Shown: positions 39,681 to 49,196, numbered from the stretch's first letter. The stretch is 64,000 nucleotides of DNA from an uncultured Alphaproteobacteria bacterium (GCA_963837025.1 CAWILT010000002.1:705089-769088), one strand, 5' to 3'. Program-made: numbers and translations. Notes: generated by a model from the letters alone, not told the origin.

Positions 39681-41150
39681 TTATTTCTTTAGCAGCTTTG
39701 CTAAATCTGGGGGTAATCCGCCGCTACCGCCCATTTTGCTGAAATCTGGCATAGCACCGCCGCCACCGCCACCGAGTTGGCTCATATCGGGCATACCCAT
39801 GCCGCCGCCCATTTGCTGCATCATTTTCATCATGCCGCCTTTGCCACCACCCATTTTCTTCATTTTCTTCATCATGGTTTGCATTTGCAACTGAGCTTTG
39901 ATGAGCTTGTTAATTTCGGAAACTTCAACGCCGCTGCCCAGAGCAATACGTTTTTTGCGGCTACCATTCATTAATTTAGGGTTAGCGCGTTCTTTCTTAG
40001 TCATTGAGCCGATGATACTTTGTTGGCGGGTAATCACGCTGTCATCCATGCCCGCTTCATCAAGTTTACCTTTTAACTTGCCCATGCCGGGTAACATCTT
40101 CATCAACCCGCCTAGACCGCCCATCTTTTTCATTTGATTTAACTGTTTGTTTAAATCGTTAAAGTCAAACTGACCCGATTGCATCTTTTTGGCCATCGCT
40201 TCTGCTTCATTGCGATCAATCGTTTCTGCCGCGCGTTCCACCAATGACACCACATCGCCCATATCCAAAATGCGGCCTGCAATACGCTCAGGATGGAACG
40301 GTTCAAATTCAGTTGGTTTCTCGCCCACACCCATAAATTTTATGGGCTGACCTGTGACATGCCGCATCGATAATGCGGCGCCGCCGCGCCCATCACCATC
40401 AATTCGAGTTAAAATAATGCCAGTTACGCCAATTTTTTCATTAAATTCACGCGCGATGGTTACGGCATCTTGCCCCGTTAGCGCATCAGCCACCAATAGC
40501 GTTTCTGTAGGCTTGGCAAGGTCGCGCACCTGCACCAGTTCGTCCATCAATTCGCCATCTAAATGTAAGCGGCCTGCGGTATCTAATATCAACACATCTG
40601 CGCCAGAAAGTTTGGCTTCTTTCAACGCGCGCTTAGTAATGGTAACGGCATGTTCACCCTTTACAATAGGTAAGCTAAGGGCATCCGTTTTCGTAGCTAA
40701 AATCTCAAGTTGTTCTTGTGCGGCAGGGCGTTGCGTATCGAGCGATGCCAGCATCACTTTTTTATTTTGTTTTGATTTTAGATAGAGGGCTAATTTACCC
40801 GAACTGGTCGTTTTTCCCGAACCCTGCAAGCCGCACATTAAAATAACTACAGGCGGCGTGGCGCGCAAATTTAGCTCCGCCGTTTCAGATCCTAACAGGT
40901 CGGTAAGATGATCTTGCACCAGTTTAATCACCATTTGTGCAGGATTAACATTCTTGATAATTTCCGCACCAACGGCTTTTTCTTTCAAGCTATTGACGAA
41001 GTCTTTCACCACGGGCAATGCTACATCCGCTTCAAGCAGCGCAATCCGCACTTCACGCATGGCTAAATCAATATCTTTTTCCGAAAGGGTGCCGCGTTTG
41101 CCTAACCCTGAAAATATGCCGCCAAGACGGTTACTTAAACTTTCAAACAT
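39681..41150 (-). CDS. ffh: Signal recognition particle protein Ffh
   Basis: GLQGSGKTT, DTAGR and TRIDGDGRGGAAL motifs, with a Met/Gly-rich M-domain tail. Confidence 0.97.
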   Translation of the reverse strand: MFESLSNRLGGIFSGLGKRGTLSEKDIDLAMREVRIALLEADVALPVVKDFVNSLKEKAVGAEIIKNVNPAQMVIKLVQDHLTDLLGSETAELNLRATPPVVILMCGLQGSGKTTSSGKLALYLKSKQNKKVMLASLDTQRPAAQEQLEILATKTDALSLPIVKGEHAVTITKRALKEAKLSGADVLILDTAGRLHLDGELMDELVQVRDLAKPTETLLVADALTGQDAVTIAREFNEKIGVTGIILTRIDGDGRGGAALSMRHVTGQPIKFMGVGEKPTEFEPFHPERIAGRILDMGDVVSLVERAAETIDRNEAEAMAKKMQSGQFDFNDLNKQLNQMKKMGGLGGLMKMLPGMGKLKGKLDEAGMDDSVITRQQSIIGSMTKKERANPKLMNGSRKKRIALGSGVEVSEINKLIKAQLQMQTMMKKMKKMGGGKGGMMKMMQQMGGGMGMPDMSQLGGGGGGAMPDFSKMGGSGGLPPDLAKLLKK

Positions 41151-41319
41151 GCTTTTTATATAAGCCCCCGCACCCCATTTAGCAATGGGTTAGGTGCTTT
41201 GAAATAAAATTACATCTGCGCCAATATTTCGCTGGGAATAAGCGTAAGCTTGGGTTATGCTGGTTCAAATTGACAAAACCTGTCTTAAAAACAAGTCATA
41301 AAAATATTCTGGAGGGATA

Positions 41320-42096
41320 ATGTTTAAACGTAAAGACGAAGATATCGATCTGCTTAGCGATGCCGGTGGAAGTAACAATCAAACGAACCAAAAAAGTGAG
41401 CCTGCTATGACAACCACCCCGGTAAACACCCCAACCTCAACCAATCAAGCAGCCATTAAGCCTGCTGCAACTCCGGCTAACAATCAAGGTAATAACAATA
41501 GTGGCATGTCAGGTGCTCCAACAGGTTACACCCGTCCTAATAGCGATACGGGCACAGTATCGCGCCCTAGCGCATTTCGTCCAACGGGTAACGAGTCAGC
41601 GCGTCCAGCATCGCCTATGGGTCGTCCAACGTCTGATTATCGCCCATCGCCGGTTAATCCAACATCCAATCCAAATGCTTCGGCTGCTGCGAGTAACGCT
41701 TCAAATGCCGATAAAGCCAAAGCTTCAGGCCGCCGCGTGTTAACCGTTGGGCATGATATTTTGCTTAAAGGCGAAATTGCAACCTGCGATCGTTTAGTGA
41801 TTGAAGGCTCTGTTGATGCCACATTGAATGAAGTGCATACGGTAGAAATTGCTGAAACGGGTTCCTTCAAAGGCGCTGCCGAAATTGAAGATGCTGAAAT
41901 TTCGGGCGTGTTTGATGGTGAGCTAATCGTGCGTAATCGTTTAGTTATATATGCCACCGGCCAAGTACGCGGCAAAATCACTTATGGTGAAATTGAAATT
42001 GAACGTGGTGGCGAATTAACCGGCACTATTAAATCGTACAAAGGCGAAAGCTTAGACAAAAAAACGAAAGATGCGAAAGACAAAAAAGCCGCGTAA
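41320..42096 (+). CDS. Bactofilin-domain cytoskeletal protein with a long low-complexity N-terminus
   Basis: The C-terminal beta-helix repeats (LKGEIATCDRLVIEGSVDATL...LIVRNRLVIYATGQVRGKITYGEIEIERGGELTG) are typical of DUF583/bactofilin. Confidence 0.8.
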   Translation: MFKRKDEDIDLLSDAGGSNNQTNQKSEPAMTTTPVNTPTSTNQAAIKPAATPANNQGNNNSGMSGAPTGYTRPNSDTGTVSRPSAFRPTGNESARPASPMGRPTSDYRPSPVNPTSNPNASAAASNASNADKAKASGRRVLTVGHDILLKGEIATCDRLVIEGSVDATLNEVHTVEIAETGSFKGAAEIEDAEISGVFDGELIVRNRLVIYATGQVRGKITYGEIEIERGGELTGTIKSYKGESLDKKTKDAKDKKAA

Positions 42097-42117
42097 TTAA
42101 TTTATAATATATCTAAT

Positions 42118-42147
42118 AAAGGGGAGGCTTGAGCTTCCCCTTTTTTT
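42118..42147. terminator. Bidirectional intrinsic terminator between the bactofilin gene and nth
   Basis: AAA-GGGGAGGC-TTGA-GCTTCCCC-TTTTTTT. Confidence 0.7.
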
Positions 42148-42158
42148 GTTGCTCAAGG

Positions 42159-42797
42159 TTAAGGCGCTGGCGTTTTATGCTTATAGCGACACACATCTTC
42201 AATTCGGCAATTAAAACACATGGGCGTACGTGCCTTGCAGGTATAACGCCCATGTAAAATTAGCCAGTGATGCGCGTGCAGTTTAAACGCGGCGGGCACT
42301 TTTTTTTCCAACGCTTTTTGCGTTGCGTCGGCTGTTTTGGTTTTCACCATGCCCGTTCGGTTGGCCACCCTAAATACATGCGTATCCACCGCAATCATCG
42401 GCACACCGCGCGCGCAATTTAACCATACGGCAGCCGTTTTTTTACCTACTCCCGCTAGCGATGTAAGCCCCTTTAATGTTTCTGGAATTTTGCCTCTATG
42501 CTCGTTTACCAATGCCTCACAAAGCGCCATCACATTCTTGGCTTTGCTGTTAAATAAACCGATTGTTTTGATATATTTTTTCAGCCCCGCTTCACCTAAA
42601 TCGAGTATCGCTTGCGGTGTGTTATAGCTTGCAAATAGCGCCTTAGTAGCTTTATTCACCCCCACATCCGTTGATTGCGCAGATAGCACCACGGCCACGA
42701 GCAACGTAAATTCGTTCACATATTCTAGCTCAGTTACTGGCTGAGGCTCGGCAGCTTGCAATCGTACAAAAATTTCCGTGATGGTGGCTTGGTTCAT
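42159..42797 (-). CDS. nth: Endonuclease III
   Basis: HhH-GPD (LAGVGKKTAAV) and a C-terminal 4Fe-4S motif (CKARTPMCFNCRIEDVC). The start at 42797 gives a typical length of 212 aa. Confidence 0.92.
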   Translation of the reverse strand: MNQATITEIFVRLQAAEPQPVTELEYVNEFTLLVAVVLSAQSTDVGVNKATKALFASYNTPQAILDLGEAGLKKYIKTIGLFNSKAKNVMALCEALVNEHRGKIPETLKGLTSLAGVGKKTAAVWLNCARGVPMIAVDTHVFRVANRTGMVKTKTADATQKALEKKVPAAFKLHAHHWLILHGRYTCKARTPMCFNCRIEDVCRYKHKTPAP

Positions 42798-42836
42798 GCC
42801 ATTGTATATAGCGGCCATTTGCACTAAAATAAAGCC

Positions 42837-43598
42837 ATGCGCTTTACCGATCATGCCATTTTGCTTTCTGTTACCAAATATAGCGAATCCACCGCTATTT
42901 GCCGATTTTTCGCGCAGCAAAATGGCATCATTTCCGGTGCAGTGCGTGGCGCGATGAGCCGTAAGCAAAAAGGAAATTACCAACAAGGTAACCTAGCACA
43001 CGTGGAATGGAGCGCGCGATTAGCCGAACATCTTGGCAGTTTAAAATGCGAATTTACTTCACCCATTTCCGCCTATTTTTTAAATGATGCATTACGATTA
43101 TCAGCACTCAACGCTGCACTCGCCCTCACACAAGCATCGCTGGCCGAACATGACCCACACCCGCAGCTTTTTGATTGTTTGCAAAATCTGCTCGAAAAGC
43201 TCAAACATAATGATACCACCTGGATGGCCGATTACGCCCGTTTTGAGCTATTGTTGCTGGAGGAATCGGGCTTTCGCCTTGAGTTAGAACGCTGCGCGGT
43301 CACGGGTGAAACCGAAAACCTCATCTATGTCTCGCCCAATTCAGGCTGCGCCGTAACCGCCCAAACCGGCGAGCCTTATAAACATAAGCTGCTACCGCTG
43401 CCGGCATTTCTTACCCATAGTTCAAACCCTTGCACGCCGCACATGTTAGCGCAAGCCATGCAGTTAACGGGTTATTTTTTGGAACATCGATTATTCGCTA
43501 GCCATTCCAAGCCAATGCCCCTTGCGCGAATGCGGTTTGAAAATAATCTAAATAAATTGCTGCAATCAAGCGCCCTAGCCGCTAAACAAGCAGTATAA
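42837..43598 (+). CDS. recO: DNA repair protein RecO
   Basis: 253 aa with an N-terminal OB-like segment (AILLSVTKYSESTAICRFF...GAVRGA). Size and overall pattern match RecO. Confidence 0.8.
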   Translation: MRFTDHAILLSVTKYSESTAICRFFAQQNGIISGAVRGAMSRKQKGNYQQGNLAHVEWSARLAEHLGSLKCEFTSPISAYFLNDALRLSALNAALALTQASLAEHDPHPQLFDCLQNLLEKLKHNDTTWMADYARFELLLLEESGFRLELERCAVTGETENLIYVSPNSGCAVTAQTGEPYKHKLLPLPAFLTHSSNPCTPHMLAQAMQLTGYFLEHRLFASHSKPMPLARMRFENNLNKLLQSSALAAKQAV

Positions 43599-43623
43599 AC
43601 AAAAACAATAAATTTGAAATTCT

Positions 43624-45852
43624 ATGGCTAAAACTGATAAAACCGAATCTGCTCCCATTCTTCCCGTTGCATTTAAAGATGCGATTGGCGAGCGTTATTT
43701 GGCTTACGCCATGTCCACTATCACCTCGCGCAGTTTGCCCGATGTGCGCGATGGGCTAAAGCCCGTGCATCGCCGATTGCTCTGGGCCATGCTGCAACTA
43801 AAACTCGACCCTTCAAGCGGCTATAAAAAATGTGCGCGTGTGGTGGGTGATGTAATCGGTAAATATCACCCCCATGGTGATACGGCGGTATATGATACCA
43901 TGGTTCGCCTCGCGCAAGATTTTGCCGTGCGCTACCCGCTGGTCGAAGGCCAAGGCAATTTCGGCTCCGTTGATGGCGATAATGCCGCTGCCATGCGTTA
44001 CACCGAAGCCAAATTAACAGCCGTAGCCATGGCGTTGTTAGAAGGTATTCGCGAAAATACCGTTGATTTTCGCCCCACCTATGATGGCGAAGATTCGGAG
44101 CCGATTGTTCTGCCTTCAGCCTTTCCCAATCTGCTAGCCAACGGCTCAGAAGGCATCGCCGTGGGTATGGCCACCTCCATTCCACCGCATAATGCGGGCG
44201 AATTATGCGATGCGTTATTACACCTCATCAAAACCCCTGATGCGCGTATTGAAACATTGGTTGGCAAAGTGCTCGGCCCCGATTTTCCTACGGGCGGTAC
44301 AATTGTTGAGCCTCGCGGAAATATTCTCAAAGCCTACGAAACGGGCAAAGGCAGTTTTCGCACCCGCGCCAAGTGGGAAGTGGAAAAAATGAGCCACGGC
44401 CTGTTTCAAATCATCATTACCGAGATTCCCTATCAGGTGCAAAAGTCACGCTTGCTGGAGAAAATGGCCGAACTTTTCCGCGCGAAGAAGCTGCCGCTGG
44501 TTTCTAATTTTCGTGATGAGTCGGCCGAAGAAATTCGCTTAGTCATTGAGCCTAAATCGCGCCAAGTTGACCCTGAAATGTTGATGGAATCACTATTCAA
44601 AGTCACTGAATTAGAGAACCGTTTTTCACTCAACATGAACGTTTTGGATTCAAAAGGTGTACCGCGCGTGATGAACCTGCGCGAAGTGTTGCAAGAGTTT
44701 TTACAGCACCGCATGCAGGTGCTTACCCGCCGCTCTGAATTTCGCTTAGAAAAAATAGCGCATCGCTTAGAAATTCTTGCTGGATTTCTCATCGCCTACC
44801 TCAATCTTGATGAGGTAATACGCATCATTCGCGAAGAAGATGAACCCAAAAAGATGATGATGGAAAAGTGGAATTTGTCTGATGTGCAGGTGGAAGCAAT
44901 CCTCAATATGCGTTTGCGTCAGTTGCGTAAATTAGAAGAAGTTGAAATTCGCAACGAGCATGATGCGCTTTCGGCTGAACAAGCCGCTCTCATTGAATTG
45001 CTATCATCTGAAGAACTTCGTTGGAATCGTATCAGCGATGAAATTAAAGCAACCAAAGTGGCATTTGGCCAAAAAACCGAACTCGGCAAGCGCCGCACCC
45101 AATTTGCCGATGCACCCACCGATACGGTTATTTCCATCGAAGCCTTTATTGAAAAAGAACCCATCACCGTGCTTTATTCGAAAAAAGGCTGGATTCGCGC
45201 CCTTAAAGGCCACAATCAAACCACGGCCGATTACAAAGAAGGTGATAGCGAGCAATATAGTTTAAACAGCTACACCACCGATCAAATCTTATGTTTCGCA
45301 TCTGATGGCCGATGCTACACCATTAGTGGCGATAAAATATCGCGTGGGCGTGGCCATGGCGAACCCCTTAATTTGATGATTGATATGGGTAGCTCCGTCA
45401 AAATTATCGCGATGACGGTATATGAAGCGGGTAAACGCTACTTGCTGGCATCTACAGCAGGCAAAGGCTTCCTAACCCGCAGCGACGATATGGTCGCTTC
45501 AACCAAAAACGGACGCCAAATTCTCAACACGCCGAAAGATTCACGCGCGATGGTGTTTAGCGAAGTGCCTGCTGATGCTACGCATATTGCCGTAACCGGA
45601 AGCAGCCGCAAGTTACTCATCTTCCCCATTGATCAAATCACCGAGATGAAAAAGGGGCAGGGCGTTACCTTGCAAAAGTTTAAAGATGGTGAATTAACCG
45701 ATGCCAAAGCCATCAATTTAGAGCATGGCCTAAGCTGGGCGCAGGGCGAAAACCGCACCCGCACCGAAACGGATTTAACCACATGGTTAGGCAACCGTGC
45801 AGGCGCAGGCAAATTGCCACCTCAAGGATTCCCACGCGATAATAAGTTTTAA
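43624..45852 (+). CDS. parC: DNA topoisomerase IV subunit A
   Basis: SRSLPDVRDGLKPVHRR, GKYHPHGD and AAMRYTEAKL (catalytic Tyr). The 742-aa length and the lack of a GyrA box favour ParC. Confidence 0.9.
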   Translation: MAKTDKTESAPILPVAFKDAIGERYLAYAMSTITSRSLPDVRDGLKPVHRRLLWAMLQLKLDPSSGYKKCARVVGDVIGKYHPHGDTAVYDTMVRLAQDFAVRYPLVEGQGNFGSVDGDNAAAMRYTEAKLTAVAMALLEGIRENTVDFRPTYDGEDSEPIVLPSAFPNLLANGSEGIAVGMATSIPPHNAGELCDALLHLIKTPDARIETLVGKVLGPDFPTGGTIVEPRGNILKAYETGKGSFRTRAKWEVEKMSHGLFQIIITEIPYQVQKSRLLEKMAELFRAKKLPLVSNFRDESAEEIRLVIEPKSRQVDPEMLMESLFKVTELENRFSLNMNVLDSKGVPRVMNLREVLQEFLQHRMQVLTRRSEFRLEKIAHRLEILAGFLIAYLNLDEVIRIIREEDEPKKMMMEKWNLSDVQVEAILNMRLRQLRKLEEVEIRNEHDALSAEQAALIELLSSEELRWNRISDEIKATKVAFGQKTELGKRRTQFADAPTDTVISIEAFIEKEPITVLYSKKGWIRALKGHNQTTADYKEGDSEQYSLNSYTTDQILCFASDGRCYTISGDKISRGRGHGEPLNLMIDMGSSVKIIAMTVYEAGKRYLLASTAGKGFLTRSDDMVASTKNGRQILNTPKDSRAMVFSEVPADATHIAVTGSSRKLLIFPIDQITEMKKGQGVTLQKFKDGELTDAKAINLEHGLSWAQGENRTRTETDLTTWLGNRAGAGKLPPQGFPRDNKF

Positions 45853-45856
45853 ACGC

Positions 45857-46438
45857 ATGTTTACATTTCATTTGATTACAACGGGCGGCACCATTGACGC
45901 GCAGCCTTATGATGTGGCGCATACGCCAGACGTGGTTACACCGTTGCCCAATAGTCTAGTGCCGCAAATGCTACGCTATCTGGGTTATCACAATTTTGTT
46001 CACACTGCGCTGCCGCCTTTAGATTCGAAAGAGTTTTTATCAAGCGAAGTCGGATTATCTCACTTAATTTCGCACATTATAGCATCTAAGCAACCCACAC
46101 TTATCACCTACGGCACTGATGCCTTGGCTCTCACAGCGGTGGCAGTTTATGAAGCCACTAAACATCAGCAAAATTCTCAAAAAATTGCTTTTTCTTGTGC
46201 AATGACTCCGCTTTCGAATACGCATCAGCCTGATGGAAACTTTAGGTTTGATCAATGTGATGGAACCGCAAATACTCAGCAAGCGCTGCGCATATTAGAA
46301 GATGATTCTTACTCTGCAGGCGTTTACATCAGCGCAAATCGCGGGCAGCTTGTAGCCAGTAATCAGCAATTATCACATGTGCGAAAAGAATATGACACCG
46401 CTTCGGCTGATCAGCGTTACTTCGTATTAGATGCTTAA
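45857..46438 (+). CDS. Stand-alone asparaginase N-terminal-domain-like protein
   Basis: ITTGGTIDA, TYGTDALA and SCAMTPL parallel the asparaginase motifs TGGTIA, HGTDTM and GAMRP. At 193 aa it covers only the N-terminal domain. Confidence 0.55.
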   Translation: MFTFHLITTGGTIDAQPYDVAHTPDVVTPLPNSLVPQMLRYLGYHNFVHTALPPLDSKEFLSSEVGLSHLISHIIASKQPTLITYGTDALALTAVAVYEATKHQQNSQKIAFSCAMTPLSNTHQPDGNFRFDQCDGTANTQQALRILEDDSYSAGVYISANRGQLVASNQQLSHVRKEYDTASADQRYFVLDA

Positions 46439-46497
46439 TATGCGATTAAAACTAATGTAATAAGAAAACTTTACTCAATCATAAACTTAGATTATTA

Positions 46498-47211
46498 ATG
46501 TGGCTTATGAGCGAATTGGATCTCAACAAATATATCGGCGCGCGTATTCGTAAGAAACGTAAGGCGATGGGCTTAAGCCTACAACAATTAGCTGAAGTGT
46601 TGAAACTATCCACGCAGCAAGTACAAAAATATGAATCAGGCGCTTCTAAAATTTCAGCTGATAGGTTGGCGCTCATCTCACATATTTTCAGCGAGTCCAT
46701 TAGCTATTTTTATTCCGATATTGATTTTAATTCCATCACCATTGGCGAGACATCCAATCCAATCGTTATATCCATGTCGCGCCAGCGTAAATTGCGGCTT
46801 ATGTTAGTCGAAGATAACCCGTCAGATGCCATGTTATTTCAAAAAAGCGCGGAACGTTTGCAAGCGGTGGATTCAATTTTAATTGAACATCATGCTAGCA
46901 AAGTTATTCCTTATTTACTTAACCATCAACAAAACCCAAACCACGAATTGCCCGATATTATTTTCATGGATTTAACCTTATCATCGGGTAGTGGCTTTGA
47001 TTTAATCAAAAAAATTAAAGACGATCATTCATTGCGCCATCTGGTAGTTGTCGTTATTTCAGGAAGCATAAATTGGGATGATATGATGCGCAGTTATCGC
47101 ATGGGTGCTGCTAGTTATATCCTAAAATCCTCTAAAGACAGATCATTAAGTGATACGTTGCAGAATGTTTTAAGCTATTGGACTGAAAGCGTTATTTTAC
47201 CAAGCATGTAG
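46498..47211 (+). CDS. Response regulator with an N-terminal XRE-type HTH and a C-terminal receiver domain
   Basis: HTH segment IGARIRKKRKAMGLSLQQLAEVLKLSTQQVQKYESG, then receiver segment LMLVEDNPSDA...PDIIFMDLTL...VVVISGS...GAASYILK. Confidence 0.8.
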   Translation: MWLMSELDLNKYIGARIRKKRKAMGLSLQQLAEVLKLSTQQVQKYESGASKISADRLALISHIFSESISYFYSDIDFNSITIGETSNPIVISMSRQRKLRLMLVEDNPSDAMLFQKSAERLQAVDSILIEHHASKVIPYLLNHQQNPNHELPDIIFMDLTLSSGSGFDLIKKIKDDHSLRHLVVVVISGSINWDDMMRSYRMGAASYILKSSKDRSLSDTLQNVLSYWTESVILPSM

Positions 47212-47224
47212 GGTGCAGAACGAA

Positions 47225-47476
47225 CTAATTGCGATTAAACACAAATTTAATACGAAGTTTTTTGATTATCCCAATCGTAAATAATAGCGGTGTTAAAACA
47301 AGACAAGCTGGGCAAATATAACCTGCAGAAATTTTGGTCATAGCTCCAAATAATGTCGTGAAAATGCCAGCGCCTAAGAACTGATTCGCTGTCACGTAAG
47401 ATTTATTATTTTCCGTTTCTTGATGCATGCTAACTTTACGTCGTTTTCGCATTAAATAATTAGAAGATGATTTCAT
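47225..47476 (-). CDS. Small putative membrane protein
   Basis: 83-aa ORF with two hydrophobic segments. Support is weak. Confidence 0.3.
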   Translation of the reverse strand: MKSSSNYLMRKRRKVSMHQETENNKSYVTANQFLGAGIFTTLFGAMTKISAGYICPACLVLTPLLFTIGIIKKLRIKFVFNRN

Positions 47477-47546
47477 ACATAATATAGCTATGTTTATTGC
47501 TTATGAACGTACCTTCGCTGAATAAGCAACAAACATTACAATTAAA

Positions 47547-48098
47547 ATGACACGCCCTGTTGAAGAGCAATGCCGCTATTGGATGGCCAAATCGCAAATG
47601 GGCGATAAATTGGCTTACGCACAACTGCTCGCGCATGTGCAGAGCATGGCGCAACGTTATGTAATCTCGCGTTTATCCAACCACGCTGATGCGCATGATG
47701 TGGTGCAAGAAATGTTGCTATCGGTGCATAAAGCACGCGCAACTTATGATGTAAATAAACCATTCTATCCGTGGATGTATGCTATTATCAATTATCGCCT
47801 ACATGATTATTTTCGCCGGCATTATAGAAAGCGCGATCGCGAAGCACCTGAGCTTGATAGTGATAAGGTGGATGATAGCGCCACTAATCCAGAACAATGG
47901 GCAAATGATAAACAATTAACCACAAAACTATTATTGAGTTTAAATGCCAAACAACGCCAAATTGTTGAGATGCTCTATGTTCAAGGCAATTCCGCTCAAG
48001 AGGTATCTAAAGCGCTCAACCTATCCATATCCGATGTGCGCGTAACCGCTCACCGCGCATTAAAAGAACTAAAACAAAAAGCAGAAAAAGTCGCATGA
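47547..48098 (+). CDS. sigF: ECF-type sigma-70 family sigma factor (SigF-like by synteny with NrsF)
   Basis: Region 2 (DAHDVVQEMLLSVHKA...FYPWMYAIINYRLHDYFRR) and region 4 (LNAKQRQIVEMLYVQGNSAQEVSKALNLSISDVRVTAHRAL). The stop overlaps the next gene. Confidence 0.85.
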   Translation: MTRPVEEQCRYWMAKSQMGDKLAYAQLLAHVQSMAQRYVISRLSNHADAHDVVQEMLLSVHKARATYDVNKPFYPWMYAIINYRLHDYFRRHYRKRDREAPELDSDKVDDSATNPEQWANDKQLTTKLLLSLNAKQRQIVEMLYVQGNSAQEVSKALNLSISDVRVTAHRALKELKQKAEKVA

Positions 48099-48727
48099 AT
48101 AATAACAATTTAATCGCCCAATTAGCGGATGATGTAACACCCGTACAGCCCATTAGTATACTGCGCCGCTTGGTGCTCACTTTTTCAGTGTTAATCATGT
48201 ATATTACACTTGTGCCTATGTTGTTTGGTGCGCGCCCCGATTGGGCACAGCAAATGGCCACTTTATCCTATCAGCTAGAGATGGGCATTTCAATTGCACT
48301 CACCTTTAGCGCTGCATTTTTAGCCGTACGGCTGGCAGTTCCCACACAAACGCGTTTCCCTTATGGCTGGCTCATCGGAGTAGCTGCATTAGCCATCGGC
48401 GCAGTAATTGGTTTGCTGGGTGAAGTATCCATGCAAGGCGTGCGCGATTCCTTTGCGTCAAATCATTATTATATTACTGCTGGGGTAATTGCCTTTGCAA
48501 CGCCGGTGGCCGCCGCCCTTTTTATTAGCGTAGCAAAAGGCGCCACCACGCAACCGGCGCTTGCTGGCCTAGCTTCATTACTATCGGCCAGTGCTGCGGG
48601 ACATTTTATCATGCGCACCATCGGCCAATCTAATAATTATGCCGAGGTGCTGCTTTGGTGTTATTCACCCGTGCTGATACTTGCTCTAATTGGTTTTATA
48701 ATGGGTCAAAAATACCTGCGATGGTAA
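48095..48727 (+). CDS. nrsF: DUF1109/NrsF-family membrane anti-sigma factor
   Basis: 210 aa and about six transmembrane segments. N-terminus NLIAQLADDVTPV. Translationally coupled to the ECF sigma gene (ATGA overlap). Confidence 0.75.
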   Translation: MNNNNLIAQLADDVTPVQPISILRRLVLTFSVLIMYITLVPMLFGARPDWAQQMATLSYQLEMGISIALTFSAAFLAVRLAVPTQTRFPYGWLIGVAALAIGAVIGLLGEVSMQGVRDSFASNHYYITAGVIAFATPVAAALFISVAKGATTQPALAGLASLLSASAAGHFIMRTIGQSNNYAEVLLWCYSPVLILALIGFIMGQKYLRW

Positions 48728-48827
48728 TTTCAGATTATTTTTGTAATGAATTCTGTTAAAGTGGCCAAGAACAGAATGTAAGCAGGTGCTTACAAGCATA
48801 CCAAACAAAAAAACTTTGAGAGTTATC

Positions 48828-49142
48828 ATGACAAAAACAAAATTAATTATCCCCGCATTTGCATTGGCCGCTATGGCGAGTGCGGTTGCATTTACTACTA
48901 CCGATGCACAAGCAAAAGAAGGCATGGAAAAATGTTATGGCGTTGCAAAAGCCGGTGCAAACGATTGCGGCAGCGCAACCGGCACGCATAGCTGTGCAGG
49001 CCAAACTGCTTCCGACAATATGTGGGAAGAATGGAAATATGTGGAAACTGGCACGTGCGAAGATGCTGGCGGCCATTTAGAAGCACAGAATCCAGCCGAT
49101 GATCACGACCATGACCATGATGCTGACCACGAAGAAAAATAA
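48828..49142 (+). CDS. DUF2282-type secreted Cys-containing peptide (bufferin BufA1-like RiPP precursor) with a His/Asp-rich tail
   Basis: Sec signal peptide [29 protein letters not shown]. Core [26 protein letters not shown]...GTCED has 4 Cys. Tail is [15 protein letters not shown]. Confidence 0.8.
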   Translation: MTKTKLIIPAFALAAMASAVAFTTTDAQAKEGMEKCYGVAKAGANDCGSATGTHSCAGQTASDNMWEEWKYVETGTCEDAGGHLEAQNPADDHDHDHDADHEEK

Positions 49143-49160
49143 TTAAAAGCAAATTTTAAA

Positions 49161-49196
49161 AAGGCTGTGCGGTGGCAACATCCACAGCCTTTTTTT
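49161..49196 (+). terminator. Intrinsic terminator or attenuator between the precursor gene and the maturase gene
   Basis: AAGGCTGTG...CACAGCCTT stem followed by seven Ts, ending directly at the ATG at 49197. Confidence 0.65.

Noticed and set aside
39655-39894. 79-aa proline-rich ORF on the plus strand
   Set aside because: It is the antisense of the Gly/Met-rich Ffh M-domain tail (GGN/ATG codons read as CCN/CAT), so it is a compositional artefact.
39681-39900. The Gly/Met-rich C-terminal tail of Ffh, considered as a novel low-complexity extension
   Set aside because: Met/Gly-rich tails are a normal feature of the Ffh M domain, and the length variation is unremarkable.
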